Shown here one piece after another: positions 13,747 through 26,891 of a stretch of 64,000 bases of DNA. The notes under the pieces are model-generated. The model made no database searches. It had not been told where the DNA came from and was given only the letters and a program-made list of their open reading frames with translations. The stretch spans positions 496,001 to 560,000 of the forward strand of contig BCIN01000002.1 in NCBI GenBank assembly GCA_039545335.1, read 5' to 3'. Source of the stretch: Kondoa subrosea (Eukaryota). Position 1 is the stretch's first letter, and every line of letters begins with the position of its first letter. The translations under genes were made by a program, and so were the position numbers.

Positions 13747-14638
13747 TCAATCTATTGTATGAGGTTCTATAGTATACAATGGTGGTCTTTCCTTTTCGCC
13801 TTTACTGTTTTCTTGTTCTATTTCTTCCCTTTTTGCTGCTTCTTCAATTCGAAGATTTTCTCCCAAGGTCTACCAAAATCTGAACCTTATGCTCTCTAGA
13901 CTGGTGTACGAACCAAACACACCTTTGTTTCCAACAACGCTTCCTCCACTTGAGTAGCCAAATCCGCTTCATTAGCCAAGAGCATTTCTTTTTCCGGATG
14001 AACGATATAATAATGACCAGGTAATAACCAATTCTTGGGCGTTTCCCTTCCTTCAACCGGTTTGACTGCACCACCTCTTTGAACGCAAAGCCTAACCAAG
14101 TTTTTGAATTTTTTACGAAACGCATTTCGAATTACAGCTGATTTGTGAATACGTTTCTTGGATAGGATGATGGTTAATCTCATAACGTAAGGTTTGTTTT
14201 TTATTTGATTCTTGATCTTCTGACGTTCTTCAGTTGATAGATCAGGATCATTGAGTTTGATTCGAGATAAAGTAGGTGGGATATTAGGTAATTCTTTTAG
14301 TGAAGAAGGTTGAGAAAAGGGATAAGGGTTGAATGGGAATTGTTTAGGAACATGAGAGTGATTAGGAAAGACTACTAGAGTGAATAAAGGTTTGGTGCAA
14401 ATGATGCTTGGTCCATTCTTGCTCTGCCTGATGGCTGTTTCTCTTTTCGTTGATGTTGACCAGAGAGGAGGTAGAGCAATTCGTTGATCCCATAATGTGC
14501 TCCGGTTGACGAGGCCTTTGAACTGATCAAGCAAAACTTAAGAATGCCAAAACATGGAGAATAGTTAGAGAGGTGATTCACACTCAGTCTACAAGGTGCT
14601 TTAGGCCATTGCGCAGGACGGAAGATCTTCGTGGGCAT
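13747..14638 (-). CDS. Bacterial-type RNase P protein (RnpA)-like protein, probably mitochondrial
   Basis: RLTIILSKKRIHKSAVIRNAFRKKFKNLVR...LLPGHYYIVHP...LATQVEEALL matches the RnpA core and RNR-helix pattern; basic N-terminus; two predicted introns. Ends are approximate. Confidence 0.65.
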
Positions 14639-14789
14639 GCCCAGATCATCCTTTTACGTGCAAAACGCGTCGCTTCGGGTCAAGACGCGGAAATGCTTAA
14701 TGACAATAAGTAGACTTGCGAACGACGATACAGACTTATGTACACACTAATATTCTAAAGAAAAGAGAAGAACTCTTATCTATTCCAGA

Positions 14790-15578
14790 TCATTCGCTAG
14801 TTGGACCGCTGAATTTTGCACAACCTGGTACAGCCTGATCGATATCGCTTTTGCTATAGTAACTACCACAGTCTACATGGAGCGTTTGAGCCGAGTCTCA
14901 AGAGCGATGAAAGGAATAGAGCATACTGTAATTGGCTTGAGCACAAGCAGCTTGTTCTGTAGGGAGATTACGAGATTGTGAAGCCTGTTTGAAGAAGATT
15001 AGCTCAAAGTCCGACAACATGAAGAAGGAAGATTCAAACTGACCGCATTGAGGGAAGAAAAGCAAACTGAAAAATCACACTTGCATTGGGGTGTAGCGTT
15101 GTCAATCAAAGTAGCAGTAGCTTGCAAAGCGTCAATAGCATAGAGCGTGTTGCTGACTGGTCCCGCAAGTGTTTGAGAGCTGTCAAGGCGCAGCTCTTGC
15201 TGCAAAGACTGATGAAGTGCAAGCTTAAAGATAGAGATCAGTCTCCTCGCCCAAAGAGAAATGGACGCGAAGACTAACCAGATATGATAGCAACGGTGAA
15301 AGCAGCGTGTGAGAGGGTTTTAGCTGAAAGGTGTGTTTGAAGTCTGAGATCAGGCTGTGATCCACTTCTGCGCGATCAGGAAGTGCGATAGCTGAGGCAG
15401 GAGCTTGAGAGGCATAGGGAGATCAAATATGGATTTACCAGGAGTGGGAAGCCAGAGTAATCTCTACAGCGAAGGCTGAACCTTTTGAGCCTGCCAGCGC
15501 AAGATTGGCACAATTGACAAGGTAGACACCAAAATCAGAACAACGGGAAAGAGTAGTATCGCGCTTCGAGGATGACAT
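14790..15578 (-). CDS. Hypothetical multi-exon protein with Cys-containing C-terminus
   Basis: Short exons with canonical splice signals join to ...CKCDFSVCFSSLNA-ASQSRNLPTEQAACAQANYNCGSYYSKSDIDQAVPGCAKFSGPTSE*; 5' end uncertain. Confidence 0.4.
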
Positions 15579-15971
15579 AACAGCAATGCTCAAGAGCAGA
15601 AGGACAGAGAGCAGTAACAAGAGTCATCAGTAGTGCAAAGAGACGCGGTTCATAAAGCAGAAGAGAGCTTCTCAGCCAAAGATCGATCGCTTAGTCTTCA
15701 GATCGAGTATGTAAGATAAAAGAGATAGAATCAGCTGATAGACGGCAAAACATAGTATCTAATCGGCAGGGACTACCGCATGAACGACGTTTCAGACGAA
15801 CATGCAAAAATCTTGGAACGAGCTTTTCTTTTGCTCACATCCACTCTCAAGCCAGCTCTTGTCCGCAAGTCTTCAAGCGAGCATATCTCGAAACGTCACC
15901 TTACTAACAGCAGCCCGTACTTCCCAGCAATCCCCTTTCGTTCAGTAGTCTCCCCTTTCTGCAAACCGATT

Positions 15972-18900
15972 ATGACTTCCAACCAAGCATTCTCTTTCTT
16001 GAAGCAAAGCACAGCACCTCCTAGCAGGCATTCACGTCAATCTTCCCTCAATGCGGCCGCAGTCAATGGTACTCAGCATGGTGTAGCGAATGGCAGAGGA
16101 TCTCGACGAACTCCTTCAGCTTCATTTCATTCTGTTCCACCTGTCAGTCAGGTCGATAGTAGTACAGTCGAATCACCGACGCAAGATGAGACGAATCCTC
16201 AGAAAGTTTTTGTCTATTCTCGTTCGCAAATGCTCGCACTTTGGTCAAATGATAAAACCTACAATGTTCCAGCTGAATTAGCTAGCATCATGACTGCTGA
16301 AGATGTGGTTTCAGTCAAACCTTTATCACCTTTGGGCTTGCAAGCGCTGGATCAGCAAACAGAGGAAGACAAATCTGGGGTTTCGTTAAATTCTGATATT
16401 AGTCTGGGCGGCGATCGCGGCGATAGAGGAGGTGAAAGATACTCAAGCACGAGGAATCCTGCAATGGGTAATGGTCATCGAAACAATGGAAGCAATAGTG
16501 GAAATCCATCAGGGGCAGGAGAAAGATCAAGACCGATGAGGAGCACGGAAAGGGGCTCTATTGGTATTCAAGGTGGTGTTTTAGCTGGTTTAGGTTCACC
16601 AAGCGATCAAATCAGTCCATCTTTTGCTAGAAGACATCGAAATGGTGAACCTTCTATTTCCGCAAATCTCGATGAAGCCAACAATACCCCTTCTCGATAC
16701 CTCAACAAGAAAGCTTCAGGTCATAATCTCCTTTCGGATACTTCCTCTAGTCCTGCTGTTAACGGTCCTCCGGCAAATGCTCAAGACGTGTATAAGCCTC
16801 CTGCACATAGAGCGGACGAAGCAAACAGCTGGCGTAGGGCTGATGCAAAGAAGGTGAGTTGCTGGGTACTCTTTCAAACGGTATTCAGACCTAGATTCGT
16901 CTTTCTTAGCCAAATGGTTTACATGCAAAGCACCTAGAAGATACGAATGTCGACACAGCTTCGCCTCCGCTCAACTGGGATTCAGAAGAGGAAGGAGATG
17001 TAGGGTCTGCAACTGGCTTGGAGCAATCAGTAGAATCGCTTTCTATGTCCAAACTTCTTCCCGCAGCAACATCAACGGATAGTCGAAGATCTTCAATGAC
17101 TTCCGCTGCTGCAGCGCAAGAACCAGAACGACTTTCACTGTCTACTCTTCTGGCTGACGAAGAAGAGCCTTCTTTGCCTACTGTCCCAGAACTATCAAGC
17201 ACGAACGTAATGAGTCTAGAGGAAGATCCTTTGCTATCAAGAAGGGTCATCTCCAATTCCGGTAGTCCAAATCAGCATCGGCTGTCTGGAACTCCACAGC
17301 CGTCAACTGCGACACCTCGTTTGGCTAGCCCTGCTCCGCCTGGTCTATCCAAACCGGCTGAAGTCTCGCCTGAGAATGTGCAATGGGTCTATACGGATCC
17401 CAGCGGCACAATACAAGGTATGCAGTGGTTTCAAGATCAGGCTCTTATTGAGCTTTCTCTGTTCCATGGTATACAGGTCCCTTTTCTGGAAGCCAAATGC
17501 ATGGTTGGTTCTCCAGTGGGTATTTCCAAGGCAATCTGCTAGTCAAGAAAGTCTCTTCAAGCGGTGCTTTCGAAACATTGAATCAACTTATCGCTCGATT
17601 AGGAGAGCAAAATCATCCTTTCCTTATTCTCGAACCTCGAGCTCTACCAGTACATCAATCACCGCATCATGTTCGACCTGATGATCTTCGGCGATCGATC
17701 TCTGGCAAATGGCAACATCCGCAAGCTGCTGCACCCTCACCTATGCCCTCTGATTTTGTTCAGCAGCAAACGTTGAATGCTTTGTTGGCACAAGCTCAGG
17801 CTCAAGTGCCGCATCGAGATTCACCTTTACAGCACAATCAGCAGCAGTTGCACGCAGCTCGACAGTTCTCGAATAATTATGATCCTTTCTATTCCGCCAC
17901 TGCCGCACTTCCGCTATCTGTAGCTAGCTCTATGCCATTGCCGCAACAGAATCATCTTCAACATGCTTCTCAGAATTTATCTGCTCCTTTAGATCCATGG
18001 GGTGTACCAATCCAACCGCAAATGCAGCATGTTCCAGCTTGGCAACAGCAACAATCGATGCACCAACAGCATCATCAACAACACATGACACCTTCTCCTT
18101 ACCACCCATCTATGCCTTCCAGCCAATCTTCTTACAATGCATCAGATTTATCTCACCCAACTTCTCGCCAGCCGTCCATCTCTGGTTACGGATCCACTCC
18201 AACTGTGGAATCTCCCATTCAAGAGATGCAACAAAAGCCGCCTTGGGCAGCTCCTTTGAATCAACCAATATGGAATGATGCTCGATCCTCCATGCATCAA
18301 GATTCGCAGGATGAGACTAGGCCGCTTTTAGCTGACTTGAACAACGACGAGCTATCTGAACAACCTTCACCGAGACCTATTGGTACACCTGTGGATTCTG
18401 TTCCTCAATCTCCATCTGCTGCACCACAACCCTCTCCACCTCAGATCAAACAAAAGCCAGGCAAACCGCTCAATGTCCCTTCTCCTGCTGTACCTTCAGC
18501 TGCTAGTCCTTCTTTGAGCGATGCTACTCCTTTCACAGAAGTCTCCCATAAATCCAAACAATCTTCCGCCACTCAACCTCAATCTGTGCAACCTGCTCCA
18601 GCTCAAGAAAAGAAGCCAAGTAAAGTCAATATCATTTCTCAAGCTGATTTTGCTAAACAGCAAGAGCAAATCCGAGCTGCAGAAGCGTCCAATGAGACTT
18701 CATTCACTCATGTTTCTACACCCTCCACAGCTAAAGCTGCTCCTTGGGCGCCCTCACAACCAAAGGAAAGCGCTGCTATACCAACGACCTCTAGTACTGG
18801 TCCCTCTTTACGTGAGATTCAGGAGAAAGAAGCTAAAGCTGAAGAACAAAGGAAAGCTATTGAAAAGAAACAAAGAGCTATGCAAGCTGCTAAAGAAGAA

Positions 18901-19883
18901 GCAGAGCATGCAGCTCGATTAGCTGCTGAGCAAAGCGAAAGTTTACCTGCTGGTTCCAGTTGGGGTGGAAAGATTGCTTCTGCGCCTCCTGCTCAAGCGA
19001 ATGCCGGCAAAGGTTGGATGAAAGCTGATGGATCTGGCAAGAAGACATTGAAGGAGATCCAAGAGGAAGAAGCTAGGCAGAAAAAAGTATTGGCTCAGAA
19101 ACAAGCGCAAGCTCAAGCGGGTGCTACGAGAGGTTATGCCAACATGGCTGGAACAGCTACTGCTAAAGTCAGTTCCTGCGGCTGTGCACAGCCTACTCCA
19201 GCTTATTGACTTGAGCAGCCAAATGACGGGCCTTGGTCCGTGATCGGCTCAAGTGGAAAACCCACTGTTCCCAGTCCCGCTCCTGCAGCGACTCGTACTG
19301 CATCAGTGACGAGCGGTCCACGAAGTGTTCCAGGTGTATCTGCGACTTCCTCTGCGCCTAAGCAATCGATCACTGTCCAACGTACAGCAACACCAGTTCT
19401 AGCAGCCAAACCGACCGTCGCTCAGAAAGCGAAAGCATCACTTCCTGTCGTACCTGATACTCCAGCACCTTCTGCAGAATTTATGGCTTGGACAAAGAGC
19501 GCTCTGCATGGTCTGACAGTAAACAGTGAGTGATGTTGAATTTAGCTCGACTTGTTGCTTTGCTAAGACTTGCAGTAGTTGACGAGTTCATTGGCATGCT
19601 ACTCTCCTTCCCTCTCAACCCAGATTCAGCTACTATGGAGATCATCTCAGATGCCGTTTATGCCAATTCTTCTACACTTGATGGTCGTCGTTTTGCTGAA
19701 CAGTTTGCGCTCAAGAGAAAGGCAGATGCTGGTCTTTCCATCAAGGGCAAGCAACCTACAGTACCGCCAGCGACACCTTTCGCTCGAACGGCAGCTGATG
19801 CACTGAAGATGCAACCCAAATCAGCTGATACATCTATTCCTTTCAAGCAAATCAAGTCGAAGAAAAGAGGAGGAGCAAAGTGA
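15972..19883 (+). CDS. GYF-domain protein (Smy2/Syh1/GIGYF-like)
   Basis: WVYTDPSGTIQGPFSGSQMHGWFSSGYF (GYF domain), SLREIQ/TLKEIQ repeats, conserved C-terminal DEFIGMLLSFP...ISDAVYANSSTLDGRRFAEQF. The frame is open back to ATG 15780. Confidence 0.9.
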
Positions 19884-20405
19884 GATACAGCAGGAAGTAT
19901 TGTAACTTGGACATAGCAATGAACACTCCGCTCGGCATTCAGAGTTTTTTTCAGCCAGAATTGAGCTTTGCCTAATAGAGTACGACGCTTAAGCGCGTGC
20001 AATTGAGAGTACGCAAGCACTGCGCATGATGACAGTCTATTTAGTTTGCTCAACTATCATTAGTCAGCATGTAAGCGTAATCAGATCAAGGAAGGCCTCG
20101 ACCCCAGGCAGTCGAGAACAACTGCAACATTTCTTGCTTCTGCTCGCTCCGCGCATACATTGAGCAGCTCCGCGATAACCTAGCTTTGTCTTCATTGGGC
20201 CAACCGGCTACACAACACGGCCTCACGCCTCAGTGAAGGCAAAAAATCGTCATCAGAAGATTCAAAGCTTTTTCCACGGCTTGAGAGGTAGCAACTTGCG
20301 AAACATCCATCAAGATTGAACAGTGGCACATTCTCAAGTATATCATCCTTCACAGGAGGCTCACCATTTGTCCCTTTTGCACCCCTCGACTTCTTTTGAG
20401 AAGAC

Positions 20406-23215
20406 ATGGACTTTCGCCGTCGTGCTCCTCCTAAGCTAGGCAGCTTGCCTGCTATGGCTCCAATGGGGACACCAGCGCCTGCACGAGAGGATAGCAATGG
20501 CTCCAACTCATATTTTGCTGCTGAAACTCGCGCCACTGCTGCCAGCAATTCATTACCGCATGATTCCTTTGCAAGTGTAGCAACGCCCTTCAATGGTCCT
20601 CCTACAGTGCATCCTTCCAGAACATTGGCACCCATAATAGATCAGAATGCTGGATTTGCTGCTGCGTTGTCAGGTCAAGGCCAAAGTCATTCTTACTTAT
20701 CGCCTGTTCCTTCTGGTCTCTTACCGACATCAATACGCGACAACAAGTCAAAGCCCAAGCGGCCTTCGGGTTTATCTGCCTGTCCTCAACCTCCGTCATC
20801 TCCAGCAAATAAGACTGATTCTGAATCTCCTCTGACATCCGATATACGGTCTCTATCTTTTGAAGGCCGCTCAGAACCATCCTTTTTCGGCGAACAATCA
20901 AGAGTCTCAAGCCCGAAAAAGCAACAATCCATGTTCAACTTGAATGCGCCCCCGCTGCCTTCTCAAGTACCTTCGAAAAGGACGTTAGCAGCACCGACAA
21001 AATCAGCTTCTGCTCCTACTCCAGTACAAAACAGGAATAAGAATGCCAGAATCGTAGCTGACAAATACACGGCTTTATCTCAAACCGAATTGGACAAACT
21101 GCTCTCACACACTGATTCAGGAGATTACGTACTTATAGTGGATATCAGACCTCATACAAAATTCATCTCTCAAGAACAAGGTCATCTGCAAAATTCAATC
21201 AATCTTTGTGCGCCGACAACTTTGTTGAGAAGGGCTGCTTTCGGTTTGGATCGATTGGCGGATACATTACCGGACGCGTATGAGAAAGAGCGCTTCTTAT
21301 CAGCTGGATCACCCGACTCTGGGCTGAAGGTCATTTTGGGAGTGGACCAAGATTCAACAGCTCTTTTCGACGATTCGCCTTTATGTTCCCTTTTGACAAA
21401 ATTCGAGAAAGCTGGCTTTCAAGGAAAGCTACAATGGGTTCATGGAGGTTATCAATCATTACAGCAAGATTCGTCTTTCATGGAGCGCCATCGACATTCC
21501 GAAGAAGATACAGATAACCTATCTTCTCTTTCCAGTTCCCCTCATTCTATAAGTCTTCATCCACCAAACCAACGTACTCACTCGTCCGGAAGTTCATCTT
21601 CCGGTTCTGCTTCTTCTTCGCTCGCGGCTTCCTTCACTGGCTCTGGTTCGTCCGAAGTGAAAACCTCAGTTTCTTCTTCCTCTTCCTCTTCTCTCATCAA
21701 CGCAAGGCTCTTACCTGGTCAAGCTTTCGATTCGAGATCCACTCAAGCACACATTTTGGGCAAAGGTCAAAAAGCTGGTGAAGCCGTACAGCAGCAATGT
21801 GCGAATCCTTTCTTTGATACTATAAGGCAGAATCATGAAGTCAGTTCAGCAATGCGCTTTCTTTCTTTACGAAGGAGTTTGCTCACGTATAGACTTACAG
21901 GTTCTATCACTCGAAAGCTCAATGAGCAACGTCGTTGATGTACATCTTCGACCTGAATGTGAAAGTCCTCAATTCACTAAACAACTTCCATCCTGTTTGA
22001 AAACTCTAGCTCAAGCTAAACCCAGACAGAGAGGGGAGAAATTGGCTCATGAGTTCTACCTCGTCGAAGCTGCTGAACAAAAGAGGTTGCAAGAAGTTTT
22101 GGCTTGGTCCGGTCAAGTTCGATCCGCCGATGAACCTGATCACCCTTTCGGGATATCTGCTGGAATGGAGAAAGGTCATTTGAATCGCTACAAGAACATC
22201 TTTCCAGTATGTCCGATTTATCACTTAAAAAGAGATAACTAAGCAGACATTGGGTATACAGTACGAGCATGCCAGATGCAGACTGAAAGAACATGACTCA
22301 GCAGCAACGGATTATATCAATGCTTCTTACGTCAACTTCAAAGATGATCCCAACAAACAATATATTGCCTCACAAGGACCGTTGCCAGCAACATACGAAG
22401 ATTTTTGGCAAATGATTGATCAAGAGAACGTTGGTGTCGTAGTCATGCTCACCAACCTTACAGAAGGAGGAAGGGAAAAATGTGGCAAATACTATGTTCC
22501 AGGTCAATATGGACGATTCGAAATCTTATGTCCATCAGGCGAGGTACATACATATCCTGGTGAGGATTCAGCACCTGGAAAATCCCCCGGTCAATCAAGT
22601 GGCTTCTTTTCTTCCTTCGATCTGGCGGCATCTTCAAAAACTACGCCTCGAGCTGCCAATTCTCCCTCTGTACCTGTCTGTCGAAGTACGCTGTCTCTCA
22701 AAAGACCAGACGGCTCTGCGAGAGCAGTTAAACACATCAAGTTTGCTGGCTGGCCAGATTTTGATGTACCTCCCGATGCCGAGGCTTTGTTGGACCTTAT
22801 CAATGAAGTCAATCAAGCGAAGCAGGATATGGCTCGACAGAACGAGACCACTATCGGACCGGTAGTAGTACACTGTTCGGCCGGTGTAGGCAGGACAGGC
22901 AGTAAGTTTTGATCATCCAGCAGTGAAAGATGAAGCTAAACGTTGGGTCTAGGTTATATGCTTATCGACGTACTGCTGGACATGTATGAAAAGGCCAAAC
23001 AACAACAAGAGCCTTCTTCTTCTAAGATGGACGTTGATGTTTCACCTTCTGTCCCGTCGCTGGAATGCCTCAACCAGCCCGATTACCTTCGACAATTGGT
23101 CGATGAGATGCGTCAACATCGGATGAGCATGGTTGCCAATTACGCTCAGTATCAATTCTGCCACCAAGCAATTCTCCTAGGTTGTCAAAGAATAAACCAA
23201 AACTGGCATCGATAG
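20406..23215 (+). CDS. Rhodanese-domain protein tyrosine phosphatase (Ptp2/Ptp3/Pyp1-like)
   Basis: Rhodanese-like IVDIRP...SINLCAPTTLLRR; PTP motifs NRYKNIFPYE, DYINAS, YIASQGPL, WPD, VHCSAGVGRTG. Confidence 0.92.
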
Positions 23216-23361
23216 CCCGATGAAGCAAAGAGTATTACATATAAATAGTGTTCATAAAGTCGCACGCCCGCATGTCGTTAGTTGCATCATATCATTATTT
23301 ATCGTTCATATTAATGTATAATTATGAGCTAAACCTATATACAACGGCTCTGTTGACATAT

Positions 23362-24775
23362 CTACGCTTTCCCTGTCCCTACGATCTTGTCCCCTCTCAA
23401 GTAGTCTGTTAGGTTCCGTAGTTGTTCCAGTATCATGAAGACACATATTGTATTCGGACTCAATCTCAGCCTGAAGGGGGCTTAAGCAATGCCACGAGCA
23501 GCTGCATCGGATTACGACGCTTACCAGGCTGGAGTCCATCCTTTGAAAAAGAAGCGAACACCTTCTTGCCTGTACGATCTTGTCATTACTTGCAAGGCCT
23601 GAGTGGAAGTGAGCTGGAGAATGGAAAGATAAATCCGAAACGAACTGTTTCCGAACCAGCAGATGCCATCAACTGTCAACATTGGATCAGAAAGTTGCAG
23701 TAAGGAAGGGGATGGATTGTACTCTAGACTTCACAACGTCAAATGGAGCGCAAACTGTCGTAGCAACTGTTCCGGCACAGAAGGAAGCAGAAAAATGCAG
23801 CGGCATCCCTTCCTTATAGAACCCAGAATGTAGCAAGAACTCCTTGAAGGTATCGTATCTAGCATTTTGATGAGAAATTGCGGTGCACAAACAACCTGTA
23901 ACTCACGTTGCCAGCTGTGAGGCATTCATAAGCATCGCTCGTCCGACATTCGGTCCCAGTCCTCGCGCCAACGATGACGCTCCCTCCAATTTGGTCATCT
24001 TATAGGCACCATCCAGCGCATTTTTATAGCCTAGTCGCTCTGGCGCAGGTTTGACTGAATCTCCAATCATTCGTACCAAGATCTCAACAACAGTACATAA
24101 ACACAAGCGACAGACTTAAGTCACCGACATACAATATCAGCAGGGTTGCCAGCAACACCGCCCAGTGCTCCTGCTAAACTTGCTGCTAAAGCGAGTTTAT
24201 ACAAAGGCAAGACCTTTTCGCTAGGTGATTTTATCCGCTGCTTTATCACATCGTCTTCATTGAAATCAGCTATGGATCTGATATACTACCAGGCGAAACC
24301 TACAGGTCCCAAAGCGTGTTAGCGAATACGTCAATTGTCTAAAGATTGAAGCCGAAAGGCCTGGATATAGACCTTGTCTTATGCCTTGTTGCTTGAAGCT
24401 TGTGACCATTGTCCCAAGCATTGAGGTACTGGGAGATGTTTCTAACCCTGAACTTGAGCGGAAGAGTGGGTCAAGCAGGTAGTTGCTCACGTAGTCGCTA
24501 GACGAGAATGACTCTCAGTGGCAGAAAATCAAGGAGAGATAAGCGACAGACAACTTTAGATACATCGAGAGGATGCTACAGGAAATTCAGGACAGAAAAC
24601 AGTAATAGCAAAAGATAGCGAACAGTCAAAACTGCAGCGCAAGATGCAGCAACTCCTGCAATGCAGGTCTAAGAAGTCTATCCAATCGTGGATCATCTGA
24701 CGTACCGCCCAAGTACCAAGGATACTGCTTGGGTTTTGCCAAATTTTGTTTTCCATTATGTTCGCGAGGACTCAT
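23362..24775 (-). CDS. DIC1: Mitochondrial dicarboxylate carrier
   Basis: YPWYLGGVAASCAA..THPLDVSKVRLQ, GLSASIFRQLTYSLTRFG, GNPADIILVRM, RAMLMNASQLATYD, WTPAWLRLSPNT. Confidence 0.88.
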
Positions 24776-25028
24776 TACGCGACGGTCAAGGGTTATCGGA
24801 TATGAAGAGAATGTGCTGTACAGCAAGAGACCATGTATCGGTATTTTATACAAGCGGGTATCTGTTGAAAGAGCGAGATTTGATGACTGTCTACAGTAAG
24901 AGCAGAACTCGAAGCAACACGATATATTCACAATCCTAATGCAACAACGGAAGCCCAGGTGAAACATAGAAGTATACAGTGATGTGCATGCAAGGTATCC
25001 TGTACAGCTCTAAGAAGCACACGACAGA

Positions 25029-26891
25029 TCAAGCGTGTCGCGTCTTCTTTTCCAAGATCAGAGGGGTTTGAAAAGGCGCCTCAAGATGACTCACAGCCGC
25101 TAGTTCAGCCAATTGACCTAGAGCATCATTCCACGCCGGATGGGTTTCGTCTTCTTCCCTTTTCACTCGAATCGCGAGTTCATTTTCTTCCACTTCTATA
25201 GCTGAAGTACTCTTTCCTTCTTCAGTTTCAGCCTGATGAAGAGTCGTTTCGCCATGTAGCTGCACGGATGCTGTCGCTGGAGACGCTTCGATAGTAGGCA
25301 GAGTACGATTGTGATCTTGCGAGAGAGGCAATCTAGCCAGTGCTCTACCAAAATCGCTCGAGGAGGGATTGGTTTGAGGATCCGACCGAACCTCCATTGA
25401 AGCAAATGGGCGAGAAATAGGATCCGAAGGAGAACGTTTACGGCCTTGCCCTTGGGAAGAGACGGTTAAATGGTTGGCTGAGACCCAAGCCGCAGTAGGT
25501 GCAGCATTTTCGCTGGAAGAGGACGTCGTAGAGTCGCTCGACATGGAAGTGATAGAAGTGATGGAAGAGATGCGCGGACGGTGAGTCTTGTAGGCTTCGA
25601 GTGATCGCTCTTCGCCTTCCATAAATTGATCTGAATAACACTGTTGAGCAAGAGACAAGTGTACAAGTCCAACAACGTACGGATGTTGCTCTCGAACAAA
25701 GGGAACAATCTGTCAACCAAACCAAGCGATTCGGCATGCTCCTTCGCAGCTTTGAAAGGAATCCAAACACCCTAAAACGGATGGACATTAGCTTTACTAA
25801 AGTATCTGATGAGACTCATGAGCCACCTTCAAATTCATACTGCGATGAGATGTAAGCTCAGAGACTTGAAAGGGGATTTCGAAGACTAACCTCCCATGTT
25901 TGATGACTTCGCGTCCTCCTGTGCCTTTCAGGATGCCATCGCGTTTGCCCCTTGTCATTTGAACACCTCCAGTATTCAACATCTTCGTCCCGTTTATATA
26001 GTTATCGGTCACTCTCCTTCTATAAGACAGTCAAGAAGGACAGACATGAGCGAACGTTGTTGCTTCTGAAAAGACTCTTGACATACGATACGGAAATCCC
26101 TTTGACATCGACAGCCCAACACATTGCATCTTTCTCTTCCCAGCTTTTTCGAATGTCAGAGCTGTGCTATGTACGAAAGCAATGTACTGAGAACTTACTA
26201 AAACTCTGTAACTTTTGAATCATCCGAAGTATTGTTCCGCTGGTTCATTGCTTGACGATGTGATACAACGCTGTTGTTGCTCAAGCCAGAGTAGCTTGGT
26301 CGAGATGTTGGTCCTTCTGCTGGAGTATATCGGCTGGAGCCTACTGATGCAGACCTTTGTCGTCCACCTGAATCTATAAAGCAGAGGTCAGATATCGCTT
26401 TTCGGTCTATAGCATTACTACTTACAGGCATGAGTACTTGTGAAGCTTGCTAACGAGAGACGGAAAGGATCCACTGTAGAATGCGCTTGAGAAGGTTGCG
26501 GATGACTGATTCGGGTAGGTAGAATGGGTTGAATCTCCTCTCTAGCTGGCACAACCCAAGGCTCATATTGCGCACGAGCGATCCGAGCAGCATCGGGCGA
26601 GCCTGAAGTTAATGTTTGAGCGAAATGAGGGAGTGAAAGCGGCGCCTTTGTTTCTTCTTCGCTTTGAACCGTCTGTTTATTCACTGTGAATGGATGCTGC
26701 GAGACGAAACCGGCAGTGGATAGTGTGGATTGACCTGAAGCTGCAAACCCTGTTGAATTTGGCAAAGTAGGTCGAGGAGAATCTTCAATCGTAGACTCTG
26801 AGTTCCTACGTTGACCAACAGCAGCTGAACTCCATTCTGAATTGACCGAATTCTGATTGTTGTTGAAGAGAGAGAAGACAGAATCTGCCAT
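25029..26891 (-). CDS. APSES transcription factor, StuA/Sok2/Efg1-like (divergent)
   Basis: Spliced WEEKDAMCWAVDVKGISVSRRVTDNYINGTKMLN...MTRGKRDGILK...KHGSMNLKGVWIPF...LFPLFESNI. Confidence 0.85.
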
